Below, in pieces: positions 19,057-27,487 of a DNA stretch of 32,000 nt; the stretch's first letter is position 1; each line of letters begins with the position of its first letter. Made by a program: the position numbers and the translations under genes. The notes under the pieces are model-generated. The model made no database searches. It saw only the letters and a program-made list of their open reading frames with translations, and was not told where the DNA came from. Source of the stretch: Horticoccus luteus (lineage in GTDB: Bacteria > Verrucomicrobiota > Verrucomicrobiia > Opitutales > Opitutaceae); the NCBI RefSeq assembly GCF_019464535.1, contig NZ_CP080507.1, forward strand, positions 1,740,001-1,772,000. Direction: 5' to 3'.

Positions 19057-19815
19057 CTAGTTGGGGGCGACGGGTGGGGTGCCCGCGCTGGTGCCGATCG
19101 TGCCGCCTTTGCCGTAAACGCGTTGCGTGGAGGTGCGGGGAATCGCTTGGAGAATGTTGTTGGTCAACTTGCCGTTGCCTTGGGTGAGTTTGCCGGTGGC
19201 GGCGGTCGCGCCGAGGTCTTGGTAAAACTGAACATTGCCACCCAAAAAGGCGATGTAGCCGCCGATTTCGCCGTAAACCGAGGTGCCGTTGCCGTCGGAG
19301 TTGTTGTCCCATTTGCCATCGGTTGCGAGGCCGCGGGTGAAGGCGACAGGCGTGGTTGCGGGGTCGCTCATTTTCAGGCCGCCGACCATCTCGATGCTGG
19401 GTGTCTTGGCGGTGAAGTCGGCGTTGAGGGTGTTTTTCGACGAGTCAGCGCCGTCCAGCACGAGCGCGGGAATGGTGCCGTCGCTTTTCGGGTCGGTTTT
19501 GGAAAAATAAAGTGAACCGTCGGTCAATGCGCCCGACTTGGCGAGCAGACCGGCCCAGACGTAGACTTTCTCGCCGGTGATGGACGGGGCCGGAGAGCTG
19601 TTCGGGTCGGGCAGGCGATCGTTGTTGTCAGCCGCATAAATCATCGCGGCCTTGGCGATCTCGCGGAGATTATTGGCGTCGACGGCGCGTTGCGCTTTGT
19701 CGCGGACAGTGCCGACGGTCGGGATGATGATGGCGGCGAGGATGCCGATGATCGCGATCACAGTCAGCAACTCGATCAACGTAAAACCCCGGGGGTAACG
19801 GGACAGTTTCTGCAT
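19057..19815 (-). CDS. Prepilin-type N-terminal cleavage/methylation domain protein (orphan pseudopilin)
   Basis: The start is set at MQKLSRYPRGFTLIELLTVIAIIGILAAI (ATG 19815), a class-III signal peptide with G|FTLIE. The track's 365-aa version extends across the ilvE promoter and start and is rejected. Confidence 0.85.
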   Translation of the reverse strand: MQKLSRYPRGFTLIELLTVIAIIGILAAIIIPTVGTVRDKAQRAVDANNLREIAKAAMIYAADNNDRLPDPNSSPAPSITGEKVYVWAGLLAKSGALTDGSLYFSKTDPKSDGTIPALVLDGADSSKNTLNADFTAKTPSIEMVGGLKMSDPATTPVAFTRGLATDGKWDNNSDGNGTSVYGEIGGYIAFLGGNVQFYQDLGATAATGKLTQGNGKLTNNILQAIPRTSTQRVYGKGGTIGTSAGTPPVAPN

Positions 19816-19917
19816 GAGGTAGGGCGCGGCAGAGTGCGGGAAAGAACTTCGTGGACACAAGGCAGAAAGGCCGCCGCAGACTGGACAAAGTTTTCGGGCT
19901 CCCCGTAGTCTGGGGAA

Positions 19918-20784
19918 ATGAAAATTTACCTGGATGGCAAATTCGTGGACGAAGCAGAGGCGAAGATCTCCGTTTTCGACCATGGATTGCTCTACGGCGA
20001 CGGGGTGTTCGAAGGCATCCGGCTGTATGGCGGGAACGTTTTCCGACTCGAAGAGCACCTGGAGCGGCTCGAGTATTCCGCGAAAGCCATCCTCTTGAAA
20101 TTGCCGCTGTCGCGGGCGGATTTGAGCGCAGCGACGTGCGAGACGTGCCGCCAAAACGGATTGAAGGACGCGTATATTCGCTTGGTCGTGACGCGCGGTG
20201 TGGGCGACCTCGGCCTCGCGCCGTGGCTGTGCCCGAAGCCGTCGTTATTCATCATCGCGAGCAAGATTTCCCTCTATCCGCAGGAATACTACGACAATGG
20301 TCTCGCCATCGTGACGGTGCCGACTCGCCGCATCAATCCGGCGGCACTGCCGCCCACGATCAAGTCGCTCAACTACATGAACAACATCCTCGGCAAGATC
20401 GAGGCGAAGCAGTTCGGCGCGTTGGAGGCGATTATGTTGAACGATCAGGGCTATGTGGCGGAGTGCACGGCGGACAATGTCTTTCTCGTCCACAAAGGTG
20501 AGATCATCACGCCGTCGGCTTCGCAAGGAGCCCTCAAGGGCATCACGCGTGGGACGATCTTCGACATCGCGAAAGAGCTGGGCGTCCCGATGCGCGAGGC
20601 AAACGTGACGCGGTATGATATCTGGTGCGCCGACGAATCGTTTCTCACGGGATCGGGCGCGGAAGTGATACCCGTGGTCAAGCTCGATGGCCGGGAGATC
20701 GGCACGGGGAAACCGGGGCCCATCACGCAGCAGGTGCTGGCGTCGTTTCGTCGGCGTGTGCTGGTTGAAGGCACGCGCATTTGA
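19918..20784 (+). CDS. ilvE: Branched-chain amino acid aminotransferase (fold-type IV PLP enzyme)
   Basis: DHGLLYGDGVFEGIR, EHLERL and KSLNYMNNILGKIEA (PLP-Lys region), with the typical ~290-aa length. Confidence 0.88.
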   Translation: MKIYLDGKFVDEAEAKISVFDHGLLYGDGVFEGIRLYGGNVFRLEEHLERLEYSAKAILLKLPLSRADLSAATCETCRQNGLKDAYIRLVVTRGVGDLGLAPWLCPKPSLFIIASKISLYPQEYYDNGLAIVTVPTRRINPAALPPTIKSLNYMNNILGKIEAKQFGALEAIMLNDQGYVAECTADNVFLVHKGEIITPSASQGALKGITRGTIFDIAKELGVPMREANVTRYDIWCADESFLTGSGAEVIPVVKLDGREIGTGKPGPITQQVLASFRRRVLVEGTRI

Positions 20785-20945
20785 CGTTTGCCCGGTCACT
20801 CTCGCGAGTGTGTTCGGTGCGACACCTTTGCCCGCACGCGGTGTCACACTGGATGCGCATTGGCGCAGCAATTGAAGGTCCCGCCTCTTGCCACCCCGGC
20901 GGCACCATGGCATGTTAACTGCACAGAACTTCTGACGCTCAAACT

Positions 20946-21452
20946 ATGGCCAACCCGCTGAAATGTGATCTTTGCTCGAAACCGGCGACCGTGCACCTCA
21001 CGCAGATCGTGAACAACAAAGTGCACAAGATCGACCTGTGCGAAGCGTGTGCGCAGGCGAAGGGCGTCACTGACCCCAGCGGGTTCTCGCTGGCTGATTT
21101 GCTGTTAAAAGCTTCCCTCAATCCCGAGGCCGCGACGACCGGCGTGCGGTGTGAGCAATGCGGTTTCACGCAAACGGATTTTAAGAAGCATGGCCGTTTC
21201 GGCTGTCCCGCGTGCTACGAGACATTCAAAGGCATTCTCGAGCCAATGCTCGACAACATGCACAAGGGCACCGTGCACACCGGCAAAGTGCCGCAACGGG
21301 CACTCGAACGGAAATCACTTTACGACCGCCTGACGAAACTGGAGGTCGATCTCAGCGATGCGATCAAGTCTGAGCGTTACGAGGATGCAGCGCGCTGCCG
21401 CGATGAAATCAACCAAGTCAAACAGTCCGTCGCGACCAAGCCGTCGCGCTAA
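20946..21452 (+). CDS. mcsA: McsA-like activator of protein arginine kinase (zinc-ribbon pairs plus UVR motif)
   Basis: CDLC...CEAC and CEQC...GRFGCPACYETF zinc-finger pairs, HTGKVP, and a C-terminal UVR motif ERYEDAARCRDEINQVK. Colinear with Bacillus McsA as I recall it. Confidence 0.85.
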   Translation: MANPLKCDLCSKPATVHLTQIVNNKVHKIDLCEACAQAKGVTDPSGFSLADLLLKASLNPEAATTGVRCEQCGFTQTDFKKHGRFGCPACYETFKGILEPMLDNMHKGTVHTGKVPQRALERKSLYDRLTKLEVDLSDAIKSERYEDAARCRDEINQVKQSVATKPSR

Positions 21453-21456
21453 CGCC

Positions 21457-22548
21457 ATGGATATTGCCACGCTCATCGACAGTCCGTCCGAGCTCACCGA
21501 TTCAGCGGGGAGCAAGACGGCGATCGTCTTGATGACGCGCGTGCGTTTGGCTCGCAACCTCGACCGCCGTTCGTTCCCCGGCTGGGCCAACGAGCAAGAC
21601 AAGGCGGCGATCCTCGAAACCTGCCGCGCGGCCGTCGCGAGCGCACCGGCGATGCGCCGCGGCCTCAACGTGGCGCTCGCTGATCTCTCAGATCTTGAAC
21701 GCCAGATTCTGGTGGAACGGCATTTGATCAGTCGCGAGCTAAGCGGCGCCAAATCCGGCGCCGGCCTCGTGGTCAGCCGGGATCAAGCGGTCGCGGTGAT
21801 GATCAACGAAGAGGATCACCTGCGGATTCAAGTGTTGCGCTCGGGACTTCAACTGAAGCGGGCGTGGAATACCATTAACGATCTCGATTCCAATCTGGAG
21901 GAGCGGCTCGATTTCGCCTATTCGCCCACGCTTGGGTATCTGACGGCGTGTCCCACGAATCTCGGCACGGCGATGCGCGCTTCCGCGATGATGCACCTGC
22001 CGGCGCTGGTGATTGCGGGGCAGATGGAGAAAGTCGTCCGGGCGGTCAACCAACTCGGCATGGTCGTGCGCGGCTTGTTCGGCGAAGGCTCGGATGCGAG
22101 TGGTAGCATTTTCCAAATCTCCAATCAGACGACGCTCGGTGAGGCGGAGGAAGAGATCATCAAACGCCTCGGCAGTGTGCTGCAGTCGATCATCGATCAC
22201 GAAGTCAACGCCCGCGAAAAGTTGATCGAGTCCGACGCCGGCAAGCTGTTCGACAAGATCGGCCGCGCCTACGGCATTCTGCAAAACAGCCACATGCTCA
22301 GTTCGAGTGAAGCGATGAACTTGTTGTCGCTCGTGCGCCTGGGTGCCGACTTGGGCGTGTTCCCTGCGGAGCAACGTTCGATTATCGACCGCCTCCTCAT
22401 CGAGGCGCAGCCCGGGCATTTGCAGCATGCCCAACGCGGCGAATGTGACCCGAGCCAGCGCGACCTTTTGCGGGCCGCGCGCCTCCGCACCGAATTTGCA
22501 AATTTCGGCCGGCCCGAGTTCTCTCCTTCACGCAACGGCAACAATTAA
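21457..22548 (+). CDS. mcsB: Protein arginine kinase McsB (phosphagen-kinase fold)
   Basis: The start is set at MDIATLI (ATG 21457), 4 nt after the mcsA stop. Motifs RVRLARNL, NEEDHLRIQ, YLTACPTNLGTAMRASAMMHLPAL, VRGLFGEGS and IFQISNQTTLG are shared with McsB/ATP:guanido phosphotransferases. Confidence 0.9.
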   Translation: MDIATLIDSPSELTDSAGSKTAIVLMTRVRLARNLDRRSFPGWANEQDKAAILETCRAAVASAPAMRRGLNVALADLSDLERQILVERHLISRELSGAKSGAGLVVSRDQAVAVMINEEDHLRIQVLRSGLQLKRAWNTINDLDSNLEERLDFAYSPTLGYLTACPTNLGTAMRASAMMHLPALVIAGQMEKVVRAVNQLGMVVRGLFGEGSDASGSIFQISNQTTLGEAEEEIIKRLGSVLQSIIDHEVNAREKLIESDAGKLFDKIGRAYGILQNSHMLSSSEAMNLLSLVRLGADLGVFPAEQRSIIDRLLIEAQPGHLQHAQRGECDPSQRDLLRAARLRTEFANFGRPEFSPSRNGNN

Positions 22549-22563
22549 CCCCTTTACCATTTC

Positions 22564-25092
22564 ATGTCACAAGAACCGATGAATAATTTCACCCCGCGGG
22601 CGCAGCAGGTGCTCGCGCTGGCGCGGAAAGAGGCCGACCGGTTTCACCACAACTACGTGGGCACCGAACATCTGCTGCTGGGCTTGATCAAGCTCGGTCA
22701 GGGCGTCGCCGTGAGCGTGCTCCAGAAAATGGGTCTCGACTTGGAGACGGTGCGTTCAGCCGTCGAGAAGCAGGTCGGCACGGGGCAGGAAAGCAAACCC
22801 GCCGGCAGCATCCCTTACACACCCCGCGTGAAAAAGGTGCTCGCGCTCGCCGGCAAGGAGGCGAAGGCGCTCAACCATTCCTACGTCGGCACAGAGCACA
22901 TTTTGCTCGGCTTATTGCGCGAAGGCGAAGGAGTGGCCGCGCGCGTGCTCAAGTCGCTCGACATCGACATCGAACGCACCCGCAACGAAATTTTGCGTGA
23001 ACTCGATCCTCAGTTTTCCGCCGGTGAAGGCGGTGGCGGCGGCGAGGAATCGGCGGCGGGCAACGGTCCGGTCCGCAGCGGCGGCGGCGGCGGCGAGGAC
23101 AAAAAAGAGGTCAAGACACCGGCGTTGAAAGCGTTCGGCCGCGACCTCACTGAACTCGCGCGCAAGGGCGAGATGGATCCGGTCGTGGGTCGCAAAAACG
23201 AGATTCGCCGTGTCATCCAGATTCTCTGCCGGCGGACCAAGAACAATCCCGTGCTGATCGGTGAAGCCGGCGTGGGCAAGACGGCCATCGTCGAAGGACT
23301 CGCGCAGGAAATCGTGGCCGGCAACGTCCCCGAGATCCTGTTTGAGAAAAAGGTCATCACGCTCGACCTCGCCCTCATGGTGGCGGGCACCAAATACCGC
23401 GGTCAGTTCGAAGAGCGGATCAAAGCAGTGATGGACGAGATCAAACGCGCGAAAAATGTCATCCTGTTCATCGACGAGATGCACACGATCGTCGGTGCAG
23501 GCGCCGCGGAAGGCGCGATGGATGCGTCCAACATCTTCAAGCCGGCGCTTTCGCGCGGTGAGTTGCAATGCGTGGGCGCGACGACGCTCAACGAATACCG
23601 GAAATACATTGAGAAGGATTCGGCGCTCGACCGCCGCTTCCAAAGCGTGAAGGTCGAACCGCCGTCAGTCGAAGACACGATCACGATTTTGAAGGGAATC
23701 CGGAGCAAATACGAAGATCACCACAAGGCGACCTTCAGCGACCGCGCCATCGAGGCGGCGGCGAAGTTGTCGGATCGCTACATCACCGGACGGTTTTTGC
23801 CCGACAAGGCCATCGACGTCATGGACGAGGCCGGTTCCCGCGCACGCATCGCCGCGCTGACCCGTCCGCCGGATGTGGAAAACATGGTGAAGGAAATCGA
23901 CGAAGTCTGCGCTCAGAAAGAGCAGGCGATCGCTGCCCAACGCTTCGAGGAAGCGGCGAAATTCCGCGACCATGAGAAGCAGTTGCGCGCCAAACAGGAG
24001 GAGATCACGGAGTCGTGGAAGAAAGCTCGCGATGAAAAGCGGGTGGAGATCGACGACGAGCTGATGATGCAGGTCGTCGCCGATTGGACCGGCATCCCGC
24101 TGAACCGGATGGAGAAGAAGGACAGCGAGAAGCTGCTCGCCCTGGAAAAGGAGCTGCAAAAGACCGTGATCGGTCAGGACGCGGCGGCCAGTGCGATTGC
24201 GCGCGCGCTCCGTCGTTCCCGGGCGGACCTCAAGGATCCTCGGCGGCCGATTGGCTCGTTCATGTTCGTCGGGCCCACGGGCGTTGGCAAAACGATGCTC
24301 GCGAAGCAACTCGCCGCGCAGATGTTCGGCAACCAAGAGGCGATCATCCAGATCGACATGTCGGAATACATGGAGAAGTTCGCCGTCTCGCGTTTGGTCG
24401 GCTCGCCTCCGGGCTACGTCGGCTACGAAGAGGGTGGGCAGCTCACCGAGGCCGTGCGGCGCAAGCCGTATGCCGTGGTGCTCTTCGACGAAGTCGAAAA
24501 GGCCCATCCCGACGTCATTCAACTGCTGTTGCAAATTTTGGAAGACGGCCGCCTCACGGATTCCCTCGGGCGCACGGTCGATTTCCGGAATACGATCATC
24601 ATCATGACGTCGAACGTAGGCGCGCATTTGCTGCAGCGGCAGACGTCGATGGGATTTGCGGCGGCATCTACGAACATCAATGATTCGGAGAAGATGCGGG
24701 AGAAGGTGCTGGAAGAGTCGAAGCGGGTGTTCAAGCCCGAGTTCCTCAACCGCATTTCCGACATCATCTTCTTCCATCCGCTCACGCGGGATGATCTCGT
24801 GAAAATCGTGGAGCTCGAAACCGCGAATTTCTCGAAACGGCTGTCGGAACGGAAGATCACGCTCGAGTTTACGGCGGAAGCGAAGGCGCTTCTGATCGAG
24901 AAAGGCTACGACGAGAAATACGGCGCGCGTCCCTTGCGCCGCGCGGTCGAGCAATATCTCGAGGATCCGTTGGCGGAAGCGATCTTGCGCGGCGACGTCA
25001 AAGACGGCGAGCCCGTGACCGTTTCGCGCGAAGGCGACAAGCTGGTCTTTCAGCAGCAAACGCCCGCCGCCGACACCGGCGTGGCTCCCTGA
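22564..25092 (+). CDS. clpC: AAA+ unfoldase ClpC (Clp protease ATP-binding subunit)
   Basis: Duplicated Clp_N repeats each carry GTEH(L/I)LLGL. D1 Walker [10 protein letters not shown]-domain UVR motif [12 protein letters not shown]2 Walker A GPTGVGKT, and a ClpP-docking-type loop region. The gene lies 15 nt after mcsB. An alternative start is MNNFTPRA at 22579. Confidence 0.95.
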   Translation: MSQEPMNNFTPRAQQVLALARKEADRFHHNYVGTEHLLLGLIKLGQGVAVSVLQKMGLDLETVRSAVEKQVGTGQESKPAGSIPYTPRVKKVLALAGKEAKALNHSYVGTEHILLGLLREGEGVAARVLKSLDIDIERTRNEILRELDPQFSAGEGGGGGEESAAGNGPVRSGGGGGEDKKEVKTPALKAFGRDLTELARKGEMDPVVGRKNEIRRVIQILCRRTKNNPVLIGEAGVGKTAIVEGLAQEIVAGNVPEILFEKKVITLDLALMVAGTKYRGQFEERIKAVMDEIKRAKNVILFIDEMHTIVGAGAAEGAMDASNIFKPALSRGELQCVGATTLNEYRKYIEKDSALDRRFQSVKVEPPSVEDTITILKGIRSKYEDHHKATFSDRAIEAAAKLSDRYITGRFLPDKAIDVMDEAGSRARIAALTRPPDVENMVKEIDEVCAQKEQAIAAQRFEEAAKFRDHEKQLRAKQEEITESWKKARDEKRVEIDDELMMQVVADWTGIPLNRMEKKDSEKLLALEKELQKTVIGQDAAASAIARALRRSRADLKDPRRPIGSFMFVGPTGVGKTMLAKQLAAQMFGNQEAIIQIDMSEYMEKFAVSRLVGSPPGYVGYEEGGQLTEAVRRKPYAVVLFDEVEKAHPDVIQLLLQILEDGRLTDSLGRTVDFRNTIIIMTSNVGAHLLQRQTSMGFAAASTNINDSEKMREKVLEESKRVFKPEFLNRISDIIFFHPLTRDDLVKIVELETANFSKRLSERKITLEFTAEAKALLIEKGYDEKYGARPLRRAVEQYLEDPLAEAILRGDVKDGEPVTVSREGDKLVFQQQTPAADTGVAP

Positions 25093-25125
25093 AAGCGCCA
25101 GCCATCTGTGGCCGAAAAAGCCCCG

Positions 25126-25162
25126 GAGCCGCAAGCCGGCCCCGGGGCTTTTCGTTTGATCG
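25126..25162. terminator. Bidirectional rho-independent terminator between convergent clpC and paralog B
   Basis: The stem AAAAGCCCCGG (25126-25136) / CCGGGGCTTTT (25152-25162) has an inner GCCG/CGGC extension. T-runs follow the stem on both strands. Confidence 0.8.
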
Positions 25163-25181
25163 GTGCCGCGAAAAAGAAGGG

Positions 25182-27389
25182 TTACGGAATTTCGTAGACT
25201 TCGATGAGCCCGACGCCCGTCGTGGCATCGGCGCCGGCGAGTTGCACGGTATAAGCGCCGGGTTCCAACGTGAGAATGAAGGCGGCATCCTTCGATCCGG
25301 CCACGAGCGGGAAGGCGCCAACCGTGCTCGAAGTGGTCGCGATCGCGGGGCCGTCGTTGGTTTCCCAATCGTTGTTCGCGGCGATGGCGGTCGCGTTGCC
25401 GTTCGCAAAGAGCGTCAGCGTAGGATCAGCGAGCGTACCGGCAACGCCGTAGGAACCAAGAGTCGGACCTACGCCGCGCACGAGAACCCTCAGGCTGGTC
25501 GCCCCGCGGACAACGAAACCAGCGATCATGATATCGCTGCCGCTACCGACGTAGCCCCGACCCGAGACGTTGATCAACCGGCCTGACGTAGCATTGTAGG
25601 CGGTGATTTCCTGCGCATCGTATACTTCCGCCAAAAGAGGGCCCGTGCCGCCCGCGACACCGGTAACCACGATCGAATAGGGTGCAGGTTCGAGAGCGGG
25701 AGCATAAAGCGCGGCGTCTTTGCTGGTGACATTCGCGAACGGGAAGGCACCGACTCGAGCGCTGAGCTGAACGATATCGGCATCGCCCGCCCAATTGTCG
25801 TTTTCCGCGATCGTCGCGCCGGTCGCTTGCACGGCCAGGCGCAATTGAGGATCGGCGAGGGCGCCGGATACGCCGTAGTCACCGAGAGTGGGGCCGGCGG
25901 CGCGCACCAACGTCGGTTTGGCACCCGGTCCGCCCACGACGGTGCCGACGATGAGCGCCTGGTCGGCCGTGCCGCAAAAGCCGCGGATGGATACGTTCAC
26001 GATGTGCCCGGCACTCGAGGCATCGACGAGCGTGAGGGTGACGGCCGAACTCGTCGTGGTGCCCACGTCGTTGGCAATATCGACGGTGTAGGAGCCGGCG
26101 TTGGCGGAAGTGGCATTGTGCACCATCAACGTCGCGCTGGTCGCGCCCGTGAGGGCCACGTTGTTGAGTTTCCACTGATAGCTGGTCCCTCCGGTTGCGA
26201 CGACAGTGAAGACCGCCGTGCCGCCGGCGACGACCGACTGAGATTGCGGCTGCGTGGTGATGACCGCGGGTGCCGGCGCGGCGGCGCCCGTGACGGTCAG
26301 GACCAAAGGGAGGTTTTGAATACTGAACGCCGCTTGAGAGTTATCCTGACCGACGAGCACGTATGTGCCGTTACCGTAGGCGATATCGTAGGGGAGATAA
26401 CTGCGGACCAAAAAGCCGGACTGGGGCGTCGGATTGGCGGGCAGATATCCGACGGGCGTCCAACTCGCGCCGTCAGCCGAAACCATGTAACCGCTCTTGC
26501 CGGTGGAGAGATCGACGGATTGGGCGACAAATCCTGCACTCGTGAAGCGCGGCGTGCCTCCGGGCGGAAACCAGCCGGTCGGCGCAGTGGTCGTGAGTTT
26601 GGTGAAGGCGACCCCGTCGGCGCTCCGGTATTGGAAGCCGTTCGCCGAGGCCACGAGGATGCCGTTGCCGGCCTCCACGCGGCTGCCGCCCGGCACCGTC
26701 AGGCTGGAAAGCGCCGTCCATGTTTCGGCGTCCGAACTGGAATAAGTCGTGCCGCCGAAGCCATTGATACTGGAGAAGAATTTTCCGTTGGAATAGGCGA
26801 GATCGAGATGGTCGAAGCCGACCGCGTTGGCCACGACGGGACGAGACACCCACGTGACGAGATCGGTCGAAGCGACTTGAGCGCCGTTGCTGGCGGCGGC
26901 GACATACAGCGTCGGGCTGGCATCGAACTCCTGCACGTTGATCCGACCATCGGTGACTTTGTTCGCCGTCCACGTCAGGCCGTCGGCACTTGAGTAGCAC
27001 CACGTAGTGCCGGCCACGCCGCCAAGGGTGTCGCCGAAGCCCGTGAAGAAAATGAATTTTCCGTTAAGGTAGTGAACCTTCGAGGTCTGGAAGGTGACGA
27101 GCGTGCTGTCAGGAAGCGCCTGACTTCGCCCGGTCCAGGTGGTGCCGTCCGGGCTCGTCGCCCAACGGATGACGGTTTCCTTGGTCGACGCGCAGACTGC
27201 AACGAAGAGGCCGTTGCCATAGGCGACGCCGACAAATCCGACGGCTTGAGGATCAAGGACCGCTTTGCCGGCATTGCCAAATGTCGCGTCGAGGCCGGTG
27301 TTGACGACGGTGAACGTGGGTGTCTGGGCAAACGCGGAGACCGCGGCGAGGGCGAGAAGCAAGCCAAGCGAACGAGCGAGGAGGTGCAT
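25182..27389 (-). CDS. Secreted paralog B: signal peptide, ~7-blade Asp-box-like beta-propeller, Ig-like domain and 2x uncharacterised C-terminal module (function unknown)
   Basis: The start is set at MHLLARSLGLLLALAAVSAFAQ (ATG 27389, a good signal peptide). Blades repeat as [Y-G-N-G-x-F-V...S-x-D-G-x-x-W]. The Ig-like segment is ITTQPQSQSVVAGGTAVFTV...YQWKLNN...AGSYTVDIAN. The two C-terminal modules are homologous to those of paralog A. Confidence 0.85.
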   Translation of the reverse strand: MHLLARSLGLLLALAAVSAFAQTPTFTVVNTGLDATFGNAGKAVLDPQAVGFVGVAYGNGLFVAVCASTKETVIRWATSPDGTTWTGRSQALPDSTLVTFQTSKVHYLNGKFIFFTGFGDTLGGVAGTTWCYSSADGLTWTANKVTDGRINVQEFDASPTLYVAAASNGAQVASTDLVTWVSRPVVANAVGFDHLDLAYSNGKFFSSINGFGGTTYSSSDAETWTALSSLTVPGGSRVEAGNGILVASANGFQYRSADGVAFTKLTTTAPTGWFPPGGTPRFTSAGFVAQSVDLSTGKSGYMVSADGASWTPVGYLPANPTPQSGFLVRSYLPYDIAYGNGTYVLVGQDNSQAAFSIQNLPLVLTVTGAAAPAPAVITTQPQSQSVVAGGTAVFTVVATGGTSYQWKLNNVALTGATSATLMVHNATSANAGSYTVDIANDVGTTTSSAVTLTLVDASSAGHIVNVSIRGFCGTADQALIVGTVVGGPGAKPTLVRAAGPTLGDYGVSGALADPQLRLAVQATGATIAENDNWAGDADIVQLSARVGAFPFANVTSKDAALYAPALEPAPYSIVVTGVAGGTGPLLAEVYDAQEITAYNATSGRLINVSGRGYVGSGSDIMIAGFVVRGATSLRVLVRGVGPTLGSYGVAGTLADPTLTLFANGNATAIAANNDWETNDGPAIATTSSTVGAFPLVAGSKDAAFILTLEPGAYTVQLAGADATTGVGLIEVYEIP
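25185..25580 (-). repeat. Paralog B C-terminal module copy 2
   Basis: LINVSGRGYVGSGSDIMIAGFVVRG...LVRGVGPTLGSYGVAGTLADPTLTL...ANNDW...VGAFPLVAGSKDAAFILTLEPGAYTVQLAG...GVGLIEVYEIP(stop). Confidence 0.8.
25617..26006 (-). repeat. Paralog B C-terminal module copy 1
   Basis: IVNVSIRGFCGTADQALIVGTVVGG...LVRAAGPTLGDYGVSGALADPQLRL...ENDNW...VGAFPFANVTSKDAALYAPALEPAPYSIVVTG...GPLLAEVYD. Confidence 0.8.
26025..26267 (-). other. Ig-like (I-set-like) domain of paralog B
   Basis: Pattern Q-P-x-S-x-x-V-x-x-G-x-x-x-x-F-x-V...Y-Q-W...L-x-V-x-N...-G-x-Y-x-V-x-I-x-N, typical of bacterial Ig-like domains. Absent from paralog A. Confidence 0.6.
26340..27242 (-). repeat. About 7 Asp-box-like propeller blades of paralog B
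   Basis: Blade ends at TSPDGTTWT, SSADGLTWT, ASTDLVTWV, SSSDAETWT, RSADGVAFT and VSADGASWT, plus a closing YGNGTYVLVG strand. Confidence 0.7.
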
Positions 27390-27426
27390 GGGGCCGAAAT
27401 TTAAGGCAACTGGCTCGCCCCGAAAA

Positions 27427-27442
27427 TACGCACACGTGCGTA
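27427..27442 (-). promoter_or_regulatory. Palindromic element TACGCAC-AC-GTGCGTA upstream of paralog B (core of the shared 19-mer at 27425-27443)
   Basis: 7+7 bp perfect inverted repeat, 36-54 nt upstream of ATG 27389. A 17/19 identical copy sits at the equivalent position upstream of paralog A (30191-30209). Confidence 0.6.
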
Positions 27443-27451
27443 GATGATGCA

Positions 27452-27481
27452 GCGTCGCGCCCGAGCGGGCGGGCGCGACGC
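27452..27481 (-). terminator. 12-bp perfect GC hairpin directly after the paralog A stop; no U-tract (terminator, attenuator or RNA stabiliser)
   Basis: GCGTCGCGCCCG (27452-27463) / CGGGCGCGACGC (27470-27481) with a 6-nt loop. It lies 6 nt downstream of the TGA (27488-27490) on the minus strand. Confidence 0.5.
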
Positions 27482-27487
27482 GCACGT

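Noticed and set aside
17920-19515. 531-aa plus-strand ORF
   Set aside because: It is antisense to the CBS-pyrophosphatase and pseudopilin genes and crosses the pseudopilin terminator. It is Gly/Arg/Asp/Val-rich without motifs.
19816-20154. Long N-terminal extensions offered by the ORF track: the pseudopilin to 20154, the ABC ATPases to 3906 and 4835, serS from 9033, mcsB from 21358, and paralog B to 27491
   Set aside because: The extensions overlap neighbouring genes or promoters, are Arg-rich, and precede internal starts. Those internal starts give canonical N-termini: a class-III signal peptide, ATGA coupling, MLDPKLL, MDIATL, and a Sec signal peptide.
20797-20810. CACTC-tcgc-GAGTG inverted repeat upstream of mcsA, reminiscent of CIRCE half-sites (GCACTC-N9-GAGTGC)
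   Set aside because: The spacer is 4 nt instead of 9 and the TTAGCACTC flanks are missing. I also found no CtsR-type GGTCAAA direct repeat in the leader. It may simply be a weak ilvE 3' hairpin.
23013-23090. (GGC)n-rich tract in clpC encoding GGGGGEE...GGGGGED, a possible slippage-prone repeat or insertion
   Set aside because: It falls exactly in the N-domain/D1 linker, which is naturally variable and low-complexity in ClpC proteins. Its length is comparable to the Bacillus linker as I recall it. There is no frame disruption.
23665-25368. 567-aa minus-strand ORF
   Set aside because: It is antisense to clpC and crosses the bidirectional terminator at 25126-25162. It is a shadow ORF.
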